Shown here piece by piece: positions 12,013 to 24,901 of a stretch of 64,000 nt of DNA. The DNA comes from Marsupella aquatica (Eukaryota; Plantae; Marchantiophyta). The translations under genes and the position numbers were made by a program. The notes under the pieces are model-generated. The model did not search any database, was not told the DNA's origin, and was given only the letters and a program-made list of their open reading frames with translations. Numbering within the stretch: position 1 is the first letter of the stretch; the number at the start of each line of letters is the position of its first letter. The DNA lies in the NCBI GenBank assembly GCA_973895155.1, contig OZ316897.1:10129832-10193831 (forward strand), given 5' to 3'.

Positions 12013-14445
12013 CCTCAAGCACTTTATCGAACGGTCGATATTGGAAGGTCTAGAGGACACACCGAGAGTCTATTGCTTAACTATTTTTGGTGGTTACTTA
12101 TTTTAAAGGTAGTTATTTGTCTACCCTTTCATATTAAACGCTGACTTATTTGATTGAAATTGAATGTAAAAAACTATTATACACGTAATAAGTATTTTCA
12201 ATTTACAAAAATTTATAAGGTAAGAATTATGATTAGTGTCTAAAAAAATTCATCTCATCTTTTGTGGTTTGGTTTTTTTACACTTGGGGTTTATCACATG
12301 GCAACCATGAATTTACACAAAAAATGTCTCAAACATGATTTGGGCAAAGATTTCTCGTTACAAAAATGTTTGTCATTATCCTTGCTGATGTGGCACACTC
12401 TGGTGCCAAGAATTTTGCAAGGGAACCCTAACCAGGGCCGCTTCATAATCTGCTAGTATTGAAATCATTGACTAACTCTATTATTCATTATTTATTTTTG
12501 CATTTAGATTATTTGCATATGCTAACTTAATTGTTGTTCTATCATTATCATTGTGGATTATTGAAAAAATATATGAGAAATAGAAAGCCGATATGATGAA
12601 CACATCTTCTATATTTTTTTTCAAAATTAAGTGTTCAACTCATATAAATCACATGATAAAAAAGGTTTTGAACGCCAAAAACATTTTTCTGCTATAAGTT
12701 TATAAGTCATATGTAAATTCACAATTATTTCTACATAATTGTATCTATCAAATTAATCTTCAAAATATTTTATTATGTTCAATTTATTATGCCAACAAGG
12801 TGAATATGGACCAAAACCTCTCATTTGGCAAATGGTAGCACAAATATCATACTATTTAAATAATTTTGGAGGATAATTAAATACTAAAAAACCATGATGT
12901 ACATTCATGTAAATCATTTGACAAAATATAATCATGCACCCAACTTCCAATTTAATTGTTTAATTGCATCAAAAATTATGTACAATTTTTTCATTTATTA
13001 ATAATATAATATATATTTTATTTTTGCACTTTACAATATTTATCACAATATTCTTCTTTCAAAGTTTTTATCTTTTCAAAAATGTTTTTGAGAGATATTT
13101 TAATTTATATGTGTATTATCCATTACTTGTGAATTTTTTCCAAAGAGATCTAGAAAAAATTGACTTTCAAACATGTGCTTATCTTCCAGGCTTATCTTAT
13201 GATAGCATTTCGTAAGAGACAATAGACAATTTGATCTAAAAGAAAATACTTTATTTCATAAAATAATAAAAATCCTTCATTCCAAAAGTATGAAAGAATA
13301 ATCAAGATTCTTTACTAATCATGTGTTTTGAGCAAAAATAATTATTTCATGTTGTGATAAAATATGTCATTCCAAGAGCACGAGAGGAGAACTTAGAAAT
13401 ATAAAATCTTCATTTTAAATTATTTACCTCAAAAGGTACATAAAATATTTTATAACATTCAAGTGAAACAAGAGAAAATAATTAAATTTTTTTGTGAACA
13501 TCATAAAAGAAAAGAAAATTCAATAGCATTTATGAGCTTGTTATACTATCAAACAACAAATAACTAGCGTGTACAAACACTAAATAAATATTTTTTTTTT
13601 GTGTCGCATAGACAAATCTTATTGTTGTTATTTGATGTCAATTCATGAGATAGTAGATATTTCCGTTTCCCATCATCTTGCTATAAGTAGCATCCATACG
13701 CGGTATCAATATACTCATCAATATATACACTAAATCAAAATCAATCAGACATAGAAAAACATAATTAAATCTCTATCATGCAAGTTTCCAATGATGGACA
13801 AAGAGATTCCTTGTAATACAATATTTTAACTTTAAAATGAAATTTCACATACAACCCTAAACTCATATCCCATCACTATCTCTCTCTATTTGTCGCCATC
13901 ATTCTACTCGCCTCGTATATCGACCCTAGTGTCCTCACTGGTCTCGTTTCTTGTTCTTGACTCCCTCGTGCCCTAAATTCACCATTTCTATATACTTTTC
14001 TTGCTTGAGTTGAACCCCTCACTTCCTTCATTTTCTACGTGCACAATGATTTTTCCACACCCTAAATACTGGTCCCTAAAATTGATATTTCGCTAATTTC
14101 CCTAGTGTGGTCGCCAATCATGTCCAAGGAACCATTTAAGGCGGTGTGAAAAAGATATTACATTAATGTTATAGGGACTTGCTAAACCACTTCCCTCAAC
14201 ATCTTCTTTCAATTAACTGAACTACATCCAAGTCCCACCAAAAATGATTGTTTGACTTTCATTATTTCTATCATCCAACATACTCAATAATGTCTTTCCT
14301 AAAGATAATCTCAATGATAGGGTTCCATTCTCCAAAGATAACTAATACTCTCAGCTTATTCATTCCATTCAGGATTCTAAAAAAACAGGCATAAATGGAT
14401 ATAAGATACCCTTATTATGAGTCAAAAACTTCTTATTGTGAGAGT

Positions 14446-15230
14446 CCACCACGTCCTCTAAAGGTTCGTTGAGAGTTATATTGTGGACGTTGGTTATAGA
14501 AACTCCCCCTGTTGTGGGTGTTTTCTCCAATTGCTATTCTTAGTGCGTTTAATGCCTTGCCTCGATGTGGATTGTTCATCATTTTCTATGTTATGGGTTT
14601 CATTCTTTTGTCCTGAGGGCATTGTGCCCGCAGGTCATTTTCTAGAGTTTACGAAAAGAAGTTCTTGGTTTCTTTCGGTGACTAGGAGGTGGGCTATGAG
14701 CTCGGAGTATTGCCCGAACTTCATGTTTCGATACTGTGTTGATAGCCACATATTCAATGAATGAAATGTCGACAAGGTCTTCTCTAGCAGATCCTTGTCT
14801 GTAACCGGCTCGCCACATAGTGCGAGGGTTGATGTTATTCTAAAGAGTTTGCTATTGTAGGCTGAAATAGAGGTAAAGTCTTGGATTCGCAGGTTTAGCC
14901 AGTCTTGCCTGGCTTTAGGAGTTCAACCAATTTTTGGTGGTCGAATCGGGTTTGGAGCGCTGTCCAAAGTTCACGAGGGGTTGAGAGGTGCATGTATTGT
15001 CTTTGTAGGAATCTATGGATATGGTGTCTAAGGAATACAAGGGCCTTAGATTCGTTGGCTTTAGTTAACGGGTCTGGTTGGGGTTCGCCAGCTAGTATAG
15101 GTTGAGTCATCCCTATAGCTGGGAGTAGGGTTAGCGAGGTTAGGTTTTCTTTTAGGTTCATGGACCATTCTAGGTAGTTGCCGCCATCTATTTCTAGGGC
15201 GGGGAAGGTGAGTTTCTCGAGGTTGGCCAT
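14446..15230 (-). pseudogene. gag: Truncated, frameshifted copia gag
   Basis: MANLEKLTFPALEIDGGNYLEWSMNLKENL..., nearly identical to the gag at 37695-38204. Confidence 0.9.
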
Positions 15231-16094
15231 CTCTAAGGTCCTGGTGTGCAGCGGTGGTGTGCGTCTTGATATATAATATATATAGTCAAAAGACAATGCA
15301 CATTTGCCGCATGCAATGGTGGAGGAAGGGTTGAGGAGAGCAATCTAAGTCGTGGGCGAGTAAAGTAAGAATGTTTGGGTTTTTGCAGAATTTAGGGTTT
15401 ACACTTATTAAGTTGGGTTTCTTTGTAAATGTATAACTGCAAGGTTTCCTTTGTAATCGCTATTTCCTTTGTGAAATTGTGCAGTTATCAGGTTGTGCAC
15501 TTAGGGTTGCAGTTATGGGTGATTGTTTACTCGTGCCCTGGTTAAGTGCACATGTGGCTTTGTTAAGTTAGGTTTGCTTTATTAAGGTTTGCAGTTAGAG
15601 AGGTTTATGCGGTTATATGCGGTTATGTATCATGCACTTATCAATTTGGTCTTGCTTCGATGTTCTCACGATGGTTTTGGGCTGTTGTTGCTCTTTTTTC
15701 TTGTGTCCGCTCGTGACCTCTACTCTTGGGCTGCTCCCTTCGTTGTCTTCGATCACTCCTTCCTTTTTGCACAATCGTTTTGCCTCGAACCCCGATTTAT
15801 ATTTCTCCCTCGTGCCTCTTCATTTTGCTGCTTTTCTGGAAACTCGTTAATACATCGGGGGGTTTGAAGGCTCGCTTCATTTTCCGTTCGACATTAAGGA
15901 GGAGGATTCTCAATCTACCCTTGTTTTCTCTTGTTTCTTCGTTTCTCCTTCTTCACAGGTCTGTTGCTTGCACCGTCTACGATTTCGATTCGTCCATCTA
16001 GCTCTTAAATGACGAACAAAATTTTCCACGCTCTTGAATCGCTAGGGTAGCTAAACGACGTAAGGAAGAATTCTCTGCTCCGCTCATTGAGCTT

Positions 16095-16108
16095 TCGTGC
16101 TGATAACG
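16095..16108 (-). promoter_or_regulatory. Primer-binding site, half-tRNA-Ile type
   Basis: CGTTATCAGCACGA directly after the LTR on the minus strand; complementary to the tRNA-Ile anticodon arm. Confidence 0.8.
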
Positions 16109-16222
16109 TGTGAGAGTATGAATGAAATGAATCATGTATAGTCTGTGGCGGTTAGTACATGTAGTGGTGCCGGTCCGGTGACTGGCTGATCCGGTCGTCC
16201 GGTCACTAGGTAGAGTCTAACA
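16109..16222 (-). repeat. 5' LTR (114 bp)
   Basis: TG...CA termini; shares the ggtagagtctaaca end with the LTRs at 33137 and 39475. Confidence 0.9.
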
Positions 16223-17147
16223 CTTATCACTTTCATCACTCTTTATTATTGTTCGCTTAACATTTACTTTCTTTTGTAATTTTAAAACTTAATAATATAT
16301 TAACATTTATCTTTTCATGTTTTTATTAATCTTTGTGGAAACATTTTCTTTTCTAACCTAATCTTATCTTAGTAAATAGTAATCAACTTTTGTTCAACTT
16401 AATATTTTAATTCAACTTTCATTTATTCTTATAAGTTTTGGTGAAAAATTACATCAAGTTGTATTGGGAAGTCGTCTCTAGCTTTAGGCTCTTAATTCCT
16501 TGGCTCTCGTTGGGTCTTCTAGGCTCAGGTTCAACATAGATCGTAATCAAGCTCTAGGAACTGGTTTCCATAACAAGTCATTAGTCATTTCCCTTGACAT
16601 TCAGAGTAAAGTCTCATTTGTTGGCTAATAAATATCCTAACTTTGGCAAATAAATATGTTTATGTCATTTATTTGGCTGCCAAAGTTTCACTTGTCCTAA
16701 CTTTGACAAATAAATGTATTTCAACAAATTTTCTTAGCAAAAATATCATTATAATAATTGACCGCCCTAACTAAATGATTTGATTCGCATTATTTTCCTT
16801 TGTTCAGATTTCTTGTATCTTAACAATTGGAATGATGTCAGCCTAGACAAAATCAATTATCAATAATTCCAATCTTATGTACTATTATATGAATATATAT
16901 TTTCTCAATCTACTATTTTACTTGGACACACATGTGACCCCATATTTTTCATTAATTGCAGAGCCCATGTAATTACTTGTTTATTAATGATTTTTTTGCC
17001 TTTTATGTCAACTTCATTTAGTAGTGGCTTTGAAGAAAAAGACTATTTGTAGATAATTCAATTCAAGTAACAAAGTTATAGGGAAGAAATTCAATAAACA
17101 TTTGAGTACTTAAATGAAAAAATGACTTATTGATAATTGTATTAATT

Positions 17148-17881
17148 CCTTGGAATGGTTTTTTTTATAAATTTTAATACCGTGAAAGACCCCACGGATA
17201 GGGGGAACAACAGCCCTTAATACAGGGACAGCAACAGCACACTAGCGAGCCACAAAGAGAGCCCAAAAGCACAAAAGAGAGCATCAAAGCCCCAGGGAGA
17301 GCCCCCCCTCAAAGAAGGGAAATAACACCGATCAAGAGAGCACCCATGCCCTTCCCACAGCAGCCCCCCAAAAAGCAGACCCCTCAATCAGCAACGCCGC
17401 CGCTAGAGGGCACCAAGAGAATCCTGTCCCCACCCCGTCTCAGCCAGATTTGCCTCGTTCCCCGCAACCATTCCTGAGCCCGGTTCAACCGAGAGCGACG
17501 CCGCCCAAAGCGTAAACCAGCCCCAACCGCATGGATGTGATTGGCAGTCTCAGCAAGCATCAGGCCCAAGTCAAATGAACGTCCCACCTTGTCAGAGAAC
17601 ATATGTTCATTTCTTCCCAGCCAAATCATCCAGAGAGTCTGATATACACAAAAGATCCTAGCAGTGTGAATAGGCTCCGGTCCTGTTGATGCATCAAGAA
17701 TAGCCAGCAGACCACCTCCAATGGGTAAGCGAAGCTCCGTCAAAATCCTGTCACACATCCTCCAGCAACATGAGGCATGGGAACATTCAATGAACAAATG
17801 TTGCATCGTCTCCAAGACCCCACAGCAAAGCTTGCAATTCCCAGTACCAGCCTGGATACGGAGGGCCATATAGTAAAAGTA
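17148..17881 (-). mobile_element. 5'-truncated L1-like LINE (zf-RVT region + 3' UTR)
   Basis: CKLCCGVLETMQHLFIEC...LWMIWLGRNEHMF. 17-bp TSD tgataattgtattaatt at 17131-17147 and 17882-17898. Confidence 0.9.
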
Positions 17882-19571
17882 TGATAATTGTATTAATTGA
17901 GGATCATATAGTAAAAGTTGGGGGAAATTGAGTTTGTAATGGTTATCAATTTCCAAGATGGTCAATATGCGGGGACACATCACCAAAGATCATATCTTTG
18001 GGTTGGGCCAAGTTTAAACTATCTCAACACCATAGTTTCCCAACCATGTATCCTTTAATGAGTACTATTTTGTGTGATTTGAAGCAAGATGTTTTTTCTT
18101 ACTAGTATATAAAATCAATTGATGCATTTCCACGTATATTACAAACACAAAGTTTAATCTAAACAAGACCACATATGATGTCAATAGGGGCTACATAGCC
18201 AAGATGACCATATACCTAGTCTGAGTATAAAATTTGGGTGATGAGCTTTGGTGGTGGAGGCAACTGAGCAATCCAACGATACAAGAAGGGCTACTTTTAG
18301 TGAAGCCATAGCTCCTACCCTCTTACTCATTTACCATGGAATTTATTCACAAGCCCTGTCAAACTCTAATTCCAATTCTAATTCTAAAATTGTTAGATGG
18401 TCTACTTCAACGGGATAGTTAAAGAGTAGCAATTCTTCAAGCAATCAATCACAAAAAGAATAGATTTTATGTGTTGACCACAACTGATTTTTTTCATGGT
18501 CAACCCTTGCTACTCTTGTGAATCATTGATAGTCTAGATTGTTGAATTCAATGAATAGACAATCTTCAAAATCCTTCTAGTACATGCGTTGCTTCAATAT
18601 AATTTATGACTACATTCAATGACGTTAACTGATCATTATATCTTGGAAAATTAAATCTAACATACAACCCCTTAAACTCTCAAGAATCTCTTCAAATCCA
18701 ATTAGCTAGCTAGCATCCTGATCTCATTTGTTTTAATAGACCTAGAAATTTGTGAAGTTAATAGAGGGAAAAATGGAAGAAAAACTCAATATTTAGTGGT
18801 TAAAAGGCAATGGGGATCATATAAGACCAACTAGCTAGTTATGGACCCCAATAAGGGGTCTCTTGAAAATTCTGTGGCACATGAACATGCCACATTAGTG
18901 CGGATGTAGACAAATAGGAGTAGACATGTTTGTGAGAAAAATTAACCGCCCCTAGTATGTTGTGTTTGGGTCAGTTTTGCCGTAACATTTAGTGCATCGT
19001 GCCATCAAAACTAAGAGTTAAAACAATAATAAAAGTAACAAAAATACAAAGGGTGAGATGGATCTTCTCTTAAAAACATAATTATTTTTTAACATTTGCA
19101 TTTTTGTCATATTAAAATTAATCATTTATAAATTGTGTTTTCATTTTTTATTGAATTTTACTAATTGGATATATCAGTGTTTGAGAAAGGGAAGTTAAGT
19201 AACTGTCCAACACTCAATTCAATGGTGGAAGACCTTAGGTACATGCTGAAGGATAGTATGTCTCCCTCACCTAGAAGATTGGAGCGGTCTTGTCCTACTC
19301 AGAGAGAGGAATTTGCTTTTACCTGGAGTGGGCAACAACATCAATTAAGAGGCCTCAAGTGGGGAGGGCGGAAGTGGAGTGGAGTGGAGTGGAGTCGAAT
19401 CTAAGGAGTCATGGGCAAACTCAAACGCCCGTTGCAACATCTTGACAATTTTACATTACAGCACCACACTTGTTCTTACCAAATTTTTAAGTTCAACTTT
19501 GACTTGTAAAAGTCAACCGCAGAGTCCACAAAAAACAAATTTGTCTTGGGGTTCAAGGCATATAAAAAATT

Positions 19572-19734
19572 CACGTTCCTTTTGATGCTAGGCTATGCAA
19601 TTGCAGGTCACAAGAGCCAAGGGATGCACAATATCCAGCAAGGTCCTCTCGGACATAGATAATGCATTTGCACACGGGCTCGCCTATGTCATGCTGAGTA
19701 TGGTCACCAACAGGTCATTGATCCGCATTGTTGG
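19572..19734 (+). pseudogene. Pif1-family helicase C-terminal fragment (continues at 31464-31490)
   Basis: MLGYAIAGHKSQG/CTISSKVLSDIDNAFAHGLAYVMLSMVTNRSLIRIVG corresponds to SF1B motifs V-VI. The frame resumes as GNLSPHDFR after the nested insertion. Confidence 0.8.
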
Positions 19735-20943
19735 TGTCCAAGGAACCGTTTAAAGTGGTTGAAACATGGGCTTTCTAACTCTTAGTGACTCAATTTACAT
19801 TTAACATCAATTCATATGACCAATTCTCTTAATGTTGTCTGAAATCTCATCAAAAGGCTCTACTTAACATTAAATCTTCTTTTGTGTTTAACATTTTCAA
19901 ACTAGCAATGTTATTCTATCCACTATCTTACTTCTTAATGAGTCCCGTTAAGGTGTTTTTCTTAAATAACAGATGATTTGACTAGAAAGTTTAAATTTTC
20001 TCCAAAATGACAACTACTCATTTAAATTATCAACTCCAACAATAGGTAGAGAACATGGAATAGTTGCAAATCTATTCATTTTCTACCAGATCCTCTGGTC
20101 ATTGTGGTTAGGACGGAATGTGCATGAGTTTCAAGCGAATGGCTACAGGAAATTTGATCTATGATTCATATTATTGGAGGCAATCGATCATGTTACTGTG
20201 GTGGGCTTGAGCTTGCCCCTAGGCAGGCAGCGCACAAGAATGATGCGTGTTAAAGAGCTTATTAATCAGGAGATCAAGAGTGGTGTGGCTACGTAGTTGT
20301 CAGGTTTGGATCACATCTGGCTGAGGTCTTTTTGGATCTCAGGGACAAAGTATATTGTCGCCTTGGTTTATGGTTGATGGCTCGGGCATTGTGTGCATTG
20401 TATAGCTGGTTAGTTTGCCTTGCTCTATATTGGCCCTTGGAGGGCTCGAATACAGGAGAGTTGTGTATAGCTGGTTAGTTTGCCTCAAGTGATAGATATT
20501 GGCCCCCTAAATTCTGGGCGTGCATGATATGCTTGGCTTGCTGTTGGCCCCTACTGTTGATTTGGGGCAAACACAATCTGCATCACTGGCTGTCCTTCAT
20601 ATTGGGCATGGCTATTTCTGGTTTTTCAGTGCTGTGGGCTATATCCCCCTGCCACGGGGTCTTTCATGGTTATATTCCTTGGAATTTGTTTTCTTTATAA
20701 ATAAACCACGGAACCTCACGGAAAAGGGGAAACAAGCAGCCCAACGAGGGCATCAGAAGCACATAAAAAGCCAAACGCAGCCCAGGGCATAACCCTAAGG
20801 CACCACATCACACCGCCCCACACATCACACCGCCCCACACAGGGGAAAGCCCCCCAAGCACGGGGGCCAAAAGCCAGACACCAGCCAGGAAGCATAAGCC
20901 CACCTCAAAGATCAACAATAAAGCCACTACGACGAGAACCCAA

Positions 20944-23900
20944 CTAGCACCTACGCTGGGATGCAATCCAGTCCCTAGCTGCAAACAGACGCAACTGTTT
21001 CCTACCGTAGGGAAGTCCCCTACCCACCGCATAAAGATCGATTGCCACCTCAGACAGCACAAGCCCGCAGTCAAAGGTCCTAGCAGCCCCCACGTAGAAC
21101 ATATGCTCATTCCTAGCCCTCCAGAGCAACCACAGAACCTGATAAATGACAAACAGCTTGACACAATGAACGGGGTCCTTACCCCCCGCATCATCCAAAA
21201 GAGCAATTAAACCCTTGCTAACAGGCAGGCAGAGTGACGGCACTGTCAGTAGACACCTCTGCCAGCAGCGCACGGGCAAATCTACAGCCAAAGAACAGGT
21301 GCAAAATAGACTCCAACTGCCCTCCGCACAGCTTACAATCGCCATTGCTGACATCAATCCTGAGTGCCCGCTCGCCTGTGAACAAACCACCCACAATAAT
21401 CCTCCATAGGAAGGTCTTGGCATGAACCAAAAGATCAGATCTCCATAGCCGCATCCACCCAACATTCCATTCCAGCTCCGACTTGGACACTGACCAGATG
21501 CGATTCAGGCGGGCAATAAGTGAAAGCCTGGGCCTAAGGAAGTCATATATCCTGTAATTAGCAATTTTGAAGTCCTTCAAAACCCTGTCATTATCTGCCC
21601 ACCGCCACTGTTTAGCCGTGGATACCCTGTCAAGACTGCACGAGTGTAAGCTCCATATTTTCACCAGGAATTTCATGGCTAGCCCTCTAAGATCTGCTGT
21701 GAATCCCCTCAAATGGTGCCAGCGTAGTGGAAGGTCCTTCCAGCAGCTTCCTTCCAGCAGCTTCCTTCCTTGCACCAGCCATCCCTTATTACTCCAATAC
21801 CCAGTCTCCCACAGATTGTTGCAATCCCTGTGATCTCTAGGTTCGGCAAACAGTTGAATTCTACTAGGCAGCGCAGGGTATCCTGAATACTCCAGCATCC
21901 CGGGATCCCTCCCTCACCAGGGACAAAAGAGAGATGTGCTCTCACCAAGGCCCACGACTTCCAGAGCCCTGAAGTATAAGGAAGGCCTCCGCCAGTTCTC
22001 GGTGTGCAGAGGAGCAACCTATCCAGGAAAGAATATTTGTTCCTGCGGATAATCTTATAATTCGTCCATCCCATAAGCTCCAAATTAGCAGCCAGCATTC
22101 GGGACCATTCCGTTTCTGGGAAGTTGAGTGCCTTGATGAACCACTGCGCGAGTAAAGCTTCCGAGTGACTCTTGAATTCTTTGAACCCCAGTCCACCCTC
22201 TACCTCGGGGAGAGTCAGCTTGGACCATGCCACAAGCGGGATCTTCTTCCCACCAGCCGGATTATAGCCCCACAGAAAGTCTCGGCTGAGAGCAATAAGT
22301 TTCTTGGTAAGGCCAGCCGAAGCTTTAAAATGCATGACATGATAAATCGGGATGGCTTGCAACACATGCTTGACTAACAATGAGCGACTAGTGAAAGACA
22401 GAAGCTTGTTGGTCTAGGAAGACAGACGAGCGGCCACCTTATCCAGACAAAATTTATGGAGCTACTCCGTATTCAAACCACTCCCTAGAGGAGCCCCCAA
22501 ATACTTTTGCACTTCACCTGGCCCACTCACCAAACATTCAGAATCTGTGAGCCACCCAGGGATGCGTTCAAGGGCCAAAGGGATCACTATTGACTTCCTA
22601 AAGTTCAGTCGAGCTCCAGTTGCCGTCTCATAACATGCCAGGGCTGCCTGGGCCTGTAATAAAGCAGTCTCCTTGGCAGGGATGAACATCCCCACGTCGT
22701 CCGCAAATAGTCGGTAGCACATAGAAAATCCCTTTGAAATCTGAATGCCGCTGAGTCTACCCGCCGTCATCTCCGCCTCCATAAAATCCATAAGCGGTTG
22801 AGTGGAGATAACAAAAAGCAAAGGGGAAAGGGGAAAGGGGGCAGCCCTGTTTGACTCCACGTCTGAGTTCAATCGGACCTGCGCAGCAACCATTCACAAG
22901 AATAGTCGAAGAAGCCAGTGACAACAATGCTCTCACTAGTTTGATGAAGTGCCCGCTAATTCCTAGCAATTGCATCCTCTCCCAAACATATTCATGGTTT
23001 ACTCTATCAAATGCTTTTTCAAAGTCCAGTTTCAAGAAAAGGGACGGTTGCTTCTTGTTGTTAACCCAATCACATGTAAGCCATGCCAAAGAGATATTCT
23101 CCAAAATGTGGCAACCCGGGATAAAGCCGGTTTGCTGAGGGCTGATGATCTTATTCAGAATCGGTTTGAGTCTCAGGGCAATGATCTTGGCAATCACCTT
23201 ATAAATTGTGTTAAGCATTGTAAGTGGTCTCTAGTCTTTCAGGAATCTCTTATCTGGTTTCTTGGGGATGAATTTGATTAGGCCGTCCTTGATCCCGCAG
23301 TCGAGCTCTCCCGTCAGCCAAAAGTCCTGAATCATGTTCACTAGATCCACGCTGATAAAGTCCCAACAAGCACGATACACCTCTGCAGTAAGTCCGTCTG
23401 GACCAGGGGATTTGTCACACGGCAACATCCAGATTACCTCCTTAATCTCCTTCATGGATGGGAGTTCCTCCATTCTCTTAATCTTTGTGGCTGACAGTGC
23501 AAATCTAGTGTGTTGCAGTAGCCTACATCTTTCCTTGCACTGCTCAGCCATTTTGGCCTGCATGGGATTCGGGGGACAGTAAAGCTCAGTGCACAACTTT
23601 TCTACCTCCTTAAGAATCAAGCCAGCGTCCGTGATCACACTCCCATCGTCACGTACAAGCTTGGTCATGGCTTCTCTTGCTCTCTTCGCCCTTACTGTAG
23701 CAAAGAAAATTTTTGTCGACTCATCCCCTTCTCCGAGCCACTTCACCCTGGCTAACCGGCAGCCACTATCGGCCTCCTCAAACTCGGTGGCGTGCAGTGA
23801 GTCCTCTGTTTCAATAAAATAAAAAATTCCGCTTCCGTTGAAGAGTCGATCAAGGATGTTTTGAGCATTCTCAATTGTTCTCTTAAAAAGGCTGTTTCCT

Positions 23901-24848
23901 CTTCTGCCTTCTTGGGTTGAGCCTGCAAAGTTTTGTATGTGCGTCGCAGCGCCTTGCTAGCCCTGGCAAATCGGCGATGAGGCTCCTCTACCCCAGTGCG
24001 CCCTTCCTCCCAAGCAGCAGCGAGTTGCTCCACGTCCTCTTTACACCTTAGAAGAGCAGGGTTGGCTTTGAAAATTCTGTATCTGCCTCGAGTACCTCCT
24101 GCTGCAGGCCCAGCTAGGCGCACCTTCAGCAAGACCGGATCATGGTCTGACAAAACTGAACCGCCCTCATGATAGAGCTCCACAATTTCATCGAGCCACC
24201 AGCCCTGCTTGCTAATGTAAAATCTATCCAACCTTGACTGCACAATTGCCCCAACCGCATTCTCCTCCAAGTGTATTTGGAACCTTCAGCACCCCCTTTG
24301 AGCACAAAGGCATCTTCCAGATCCAGCCTCACCTTTAAGAACCTCCAAAATTCTGCTTTCCTGCCCCCAATCAGTGGTGAGACTCCCATGGCATCTCCCC
24401 GGTTCTCTATCATGTTAAAATCACCACATATAATCCATTTAGCCATTGGTAGGCCCAACTTGAGATCGTTCCACAGCACAGACCGCAGTCGTGACGAATT
24501 AGGTGCATAAACCAAAACTACTCCAAAGGTGCTTCCCAATATCTCCATCACTGTCCATACTGCTCTTCCAAGATCTAACGTGCCTGATGCCACCACCTTA
24601 AATTTCGGGTGTATGAGTAGCGTTGTCCCTCCCCTGCCTTCATCCGGTGCAGATGAGAAGTGCTGATACGAGGGAAGAATGGCTCTAAGAGCCATGTCAA
24701 GATGAAATTGGTCAGTTTTAACTTCCTGCATTGCCAAAATGCTTAACGGTGCCTTCAATGACTTTGCCCAATTTTTCATGACATGCCTGCGGTTAGCCTC
24801 GCAGAGGCCGCACACGTTCCAAGATGCCAACACAAGCATTTTGCTCAT
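20944..24848 (-). pseudogene. LINE ORF2: AP-endonuclease, reverse transcriptase, zf-RVT; multiple stops and frameshifts
   Basis: LASWNVCGL, MQEVK, GDFN, SRLDRFY, SDHDP, KSPGPDG, LKLDFEKAFD, GVKQGCPLSP, LFADD, KYLG, CKLC..ESILHLFFGC. Confidence 0.95.
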
Positions 24849-24901
24849 CTGGTCCCCTAGCAACGTGAGCGAGTGAGTACCTCCTTGTTCCCCCCAGAGC
24901 A

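Larger units (their letters stand above)
14437..16222 (-). mobile_element. Ty1/copia (Bianca-like) gag-only deletion derivative
   Basis: CTTAT TSD at 14432-14436 and 16223-16227. One complete LTR (16109-16222), PBS, leader and gag N-terminus. The left end is TGTGAGAGT, identical to the 9-bp LTR terminus. Confidence 0.85.

Noticed and set aside
17870-17986. N-terminal part of the 200-aa ORF 17384-17986 as a chimeric gene
   Set aside because: This is a chance open frame running from the flank through the TSD into the LINE fragment, with no real ATG context.
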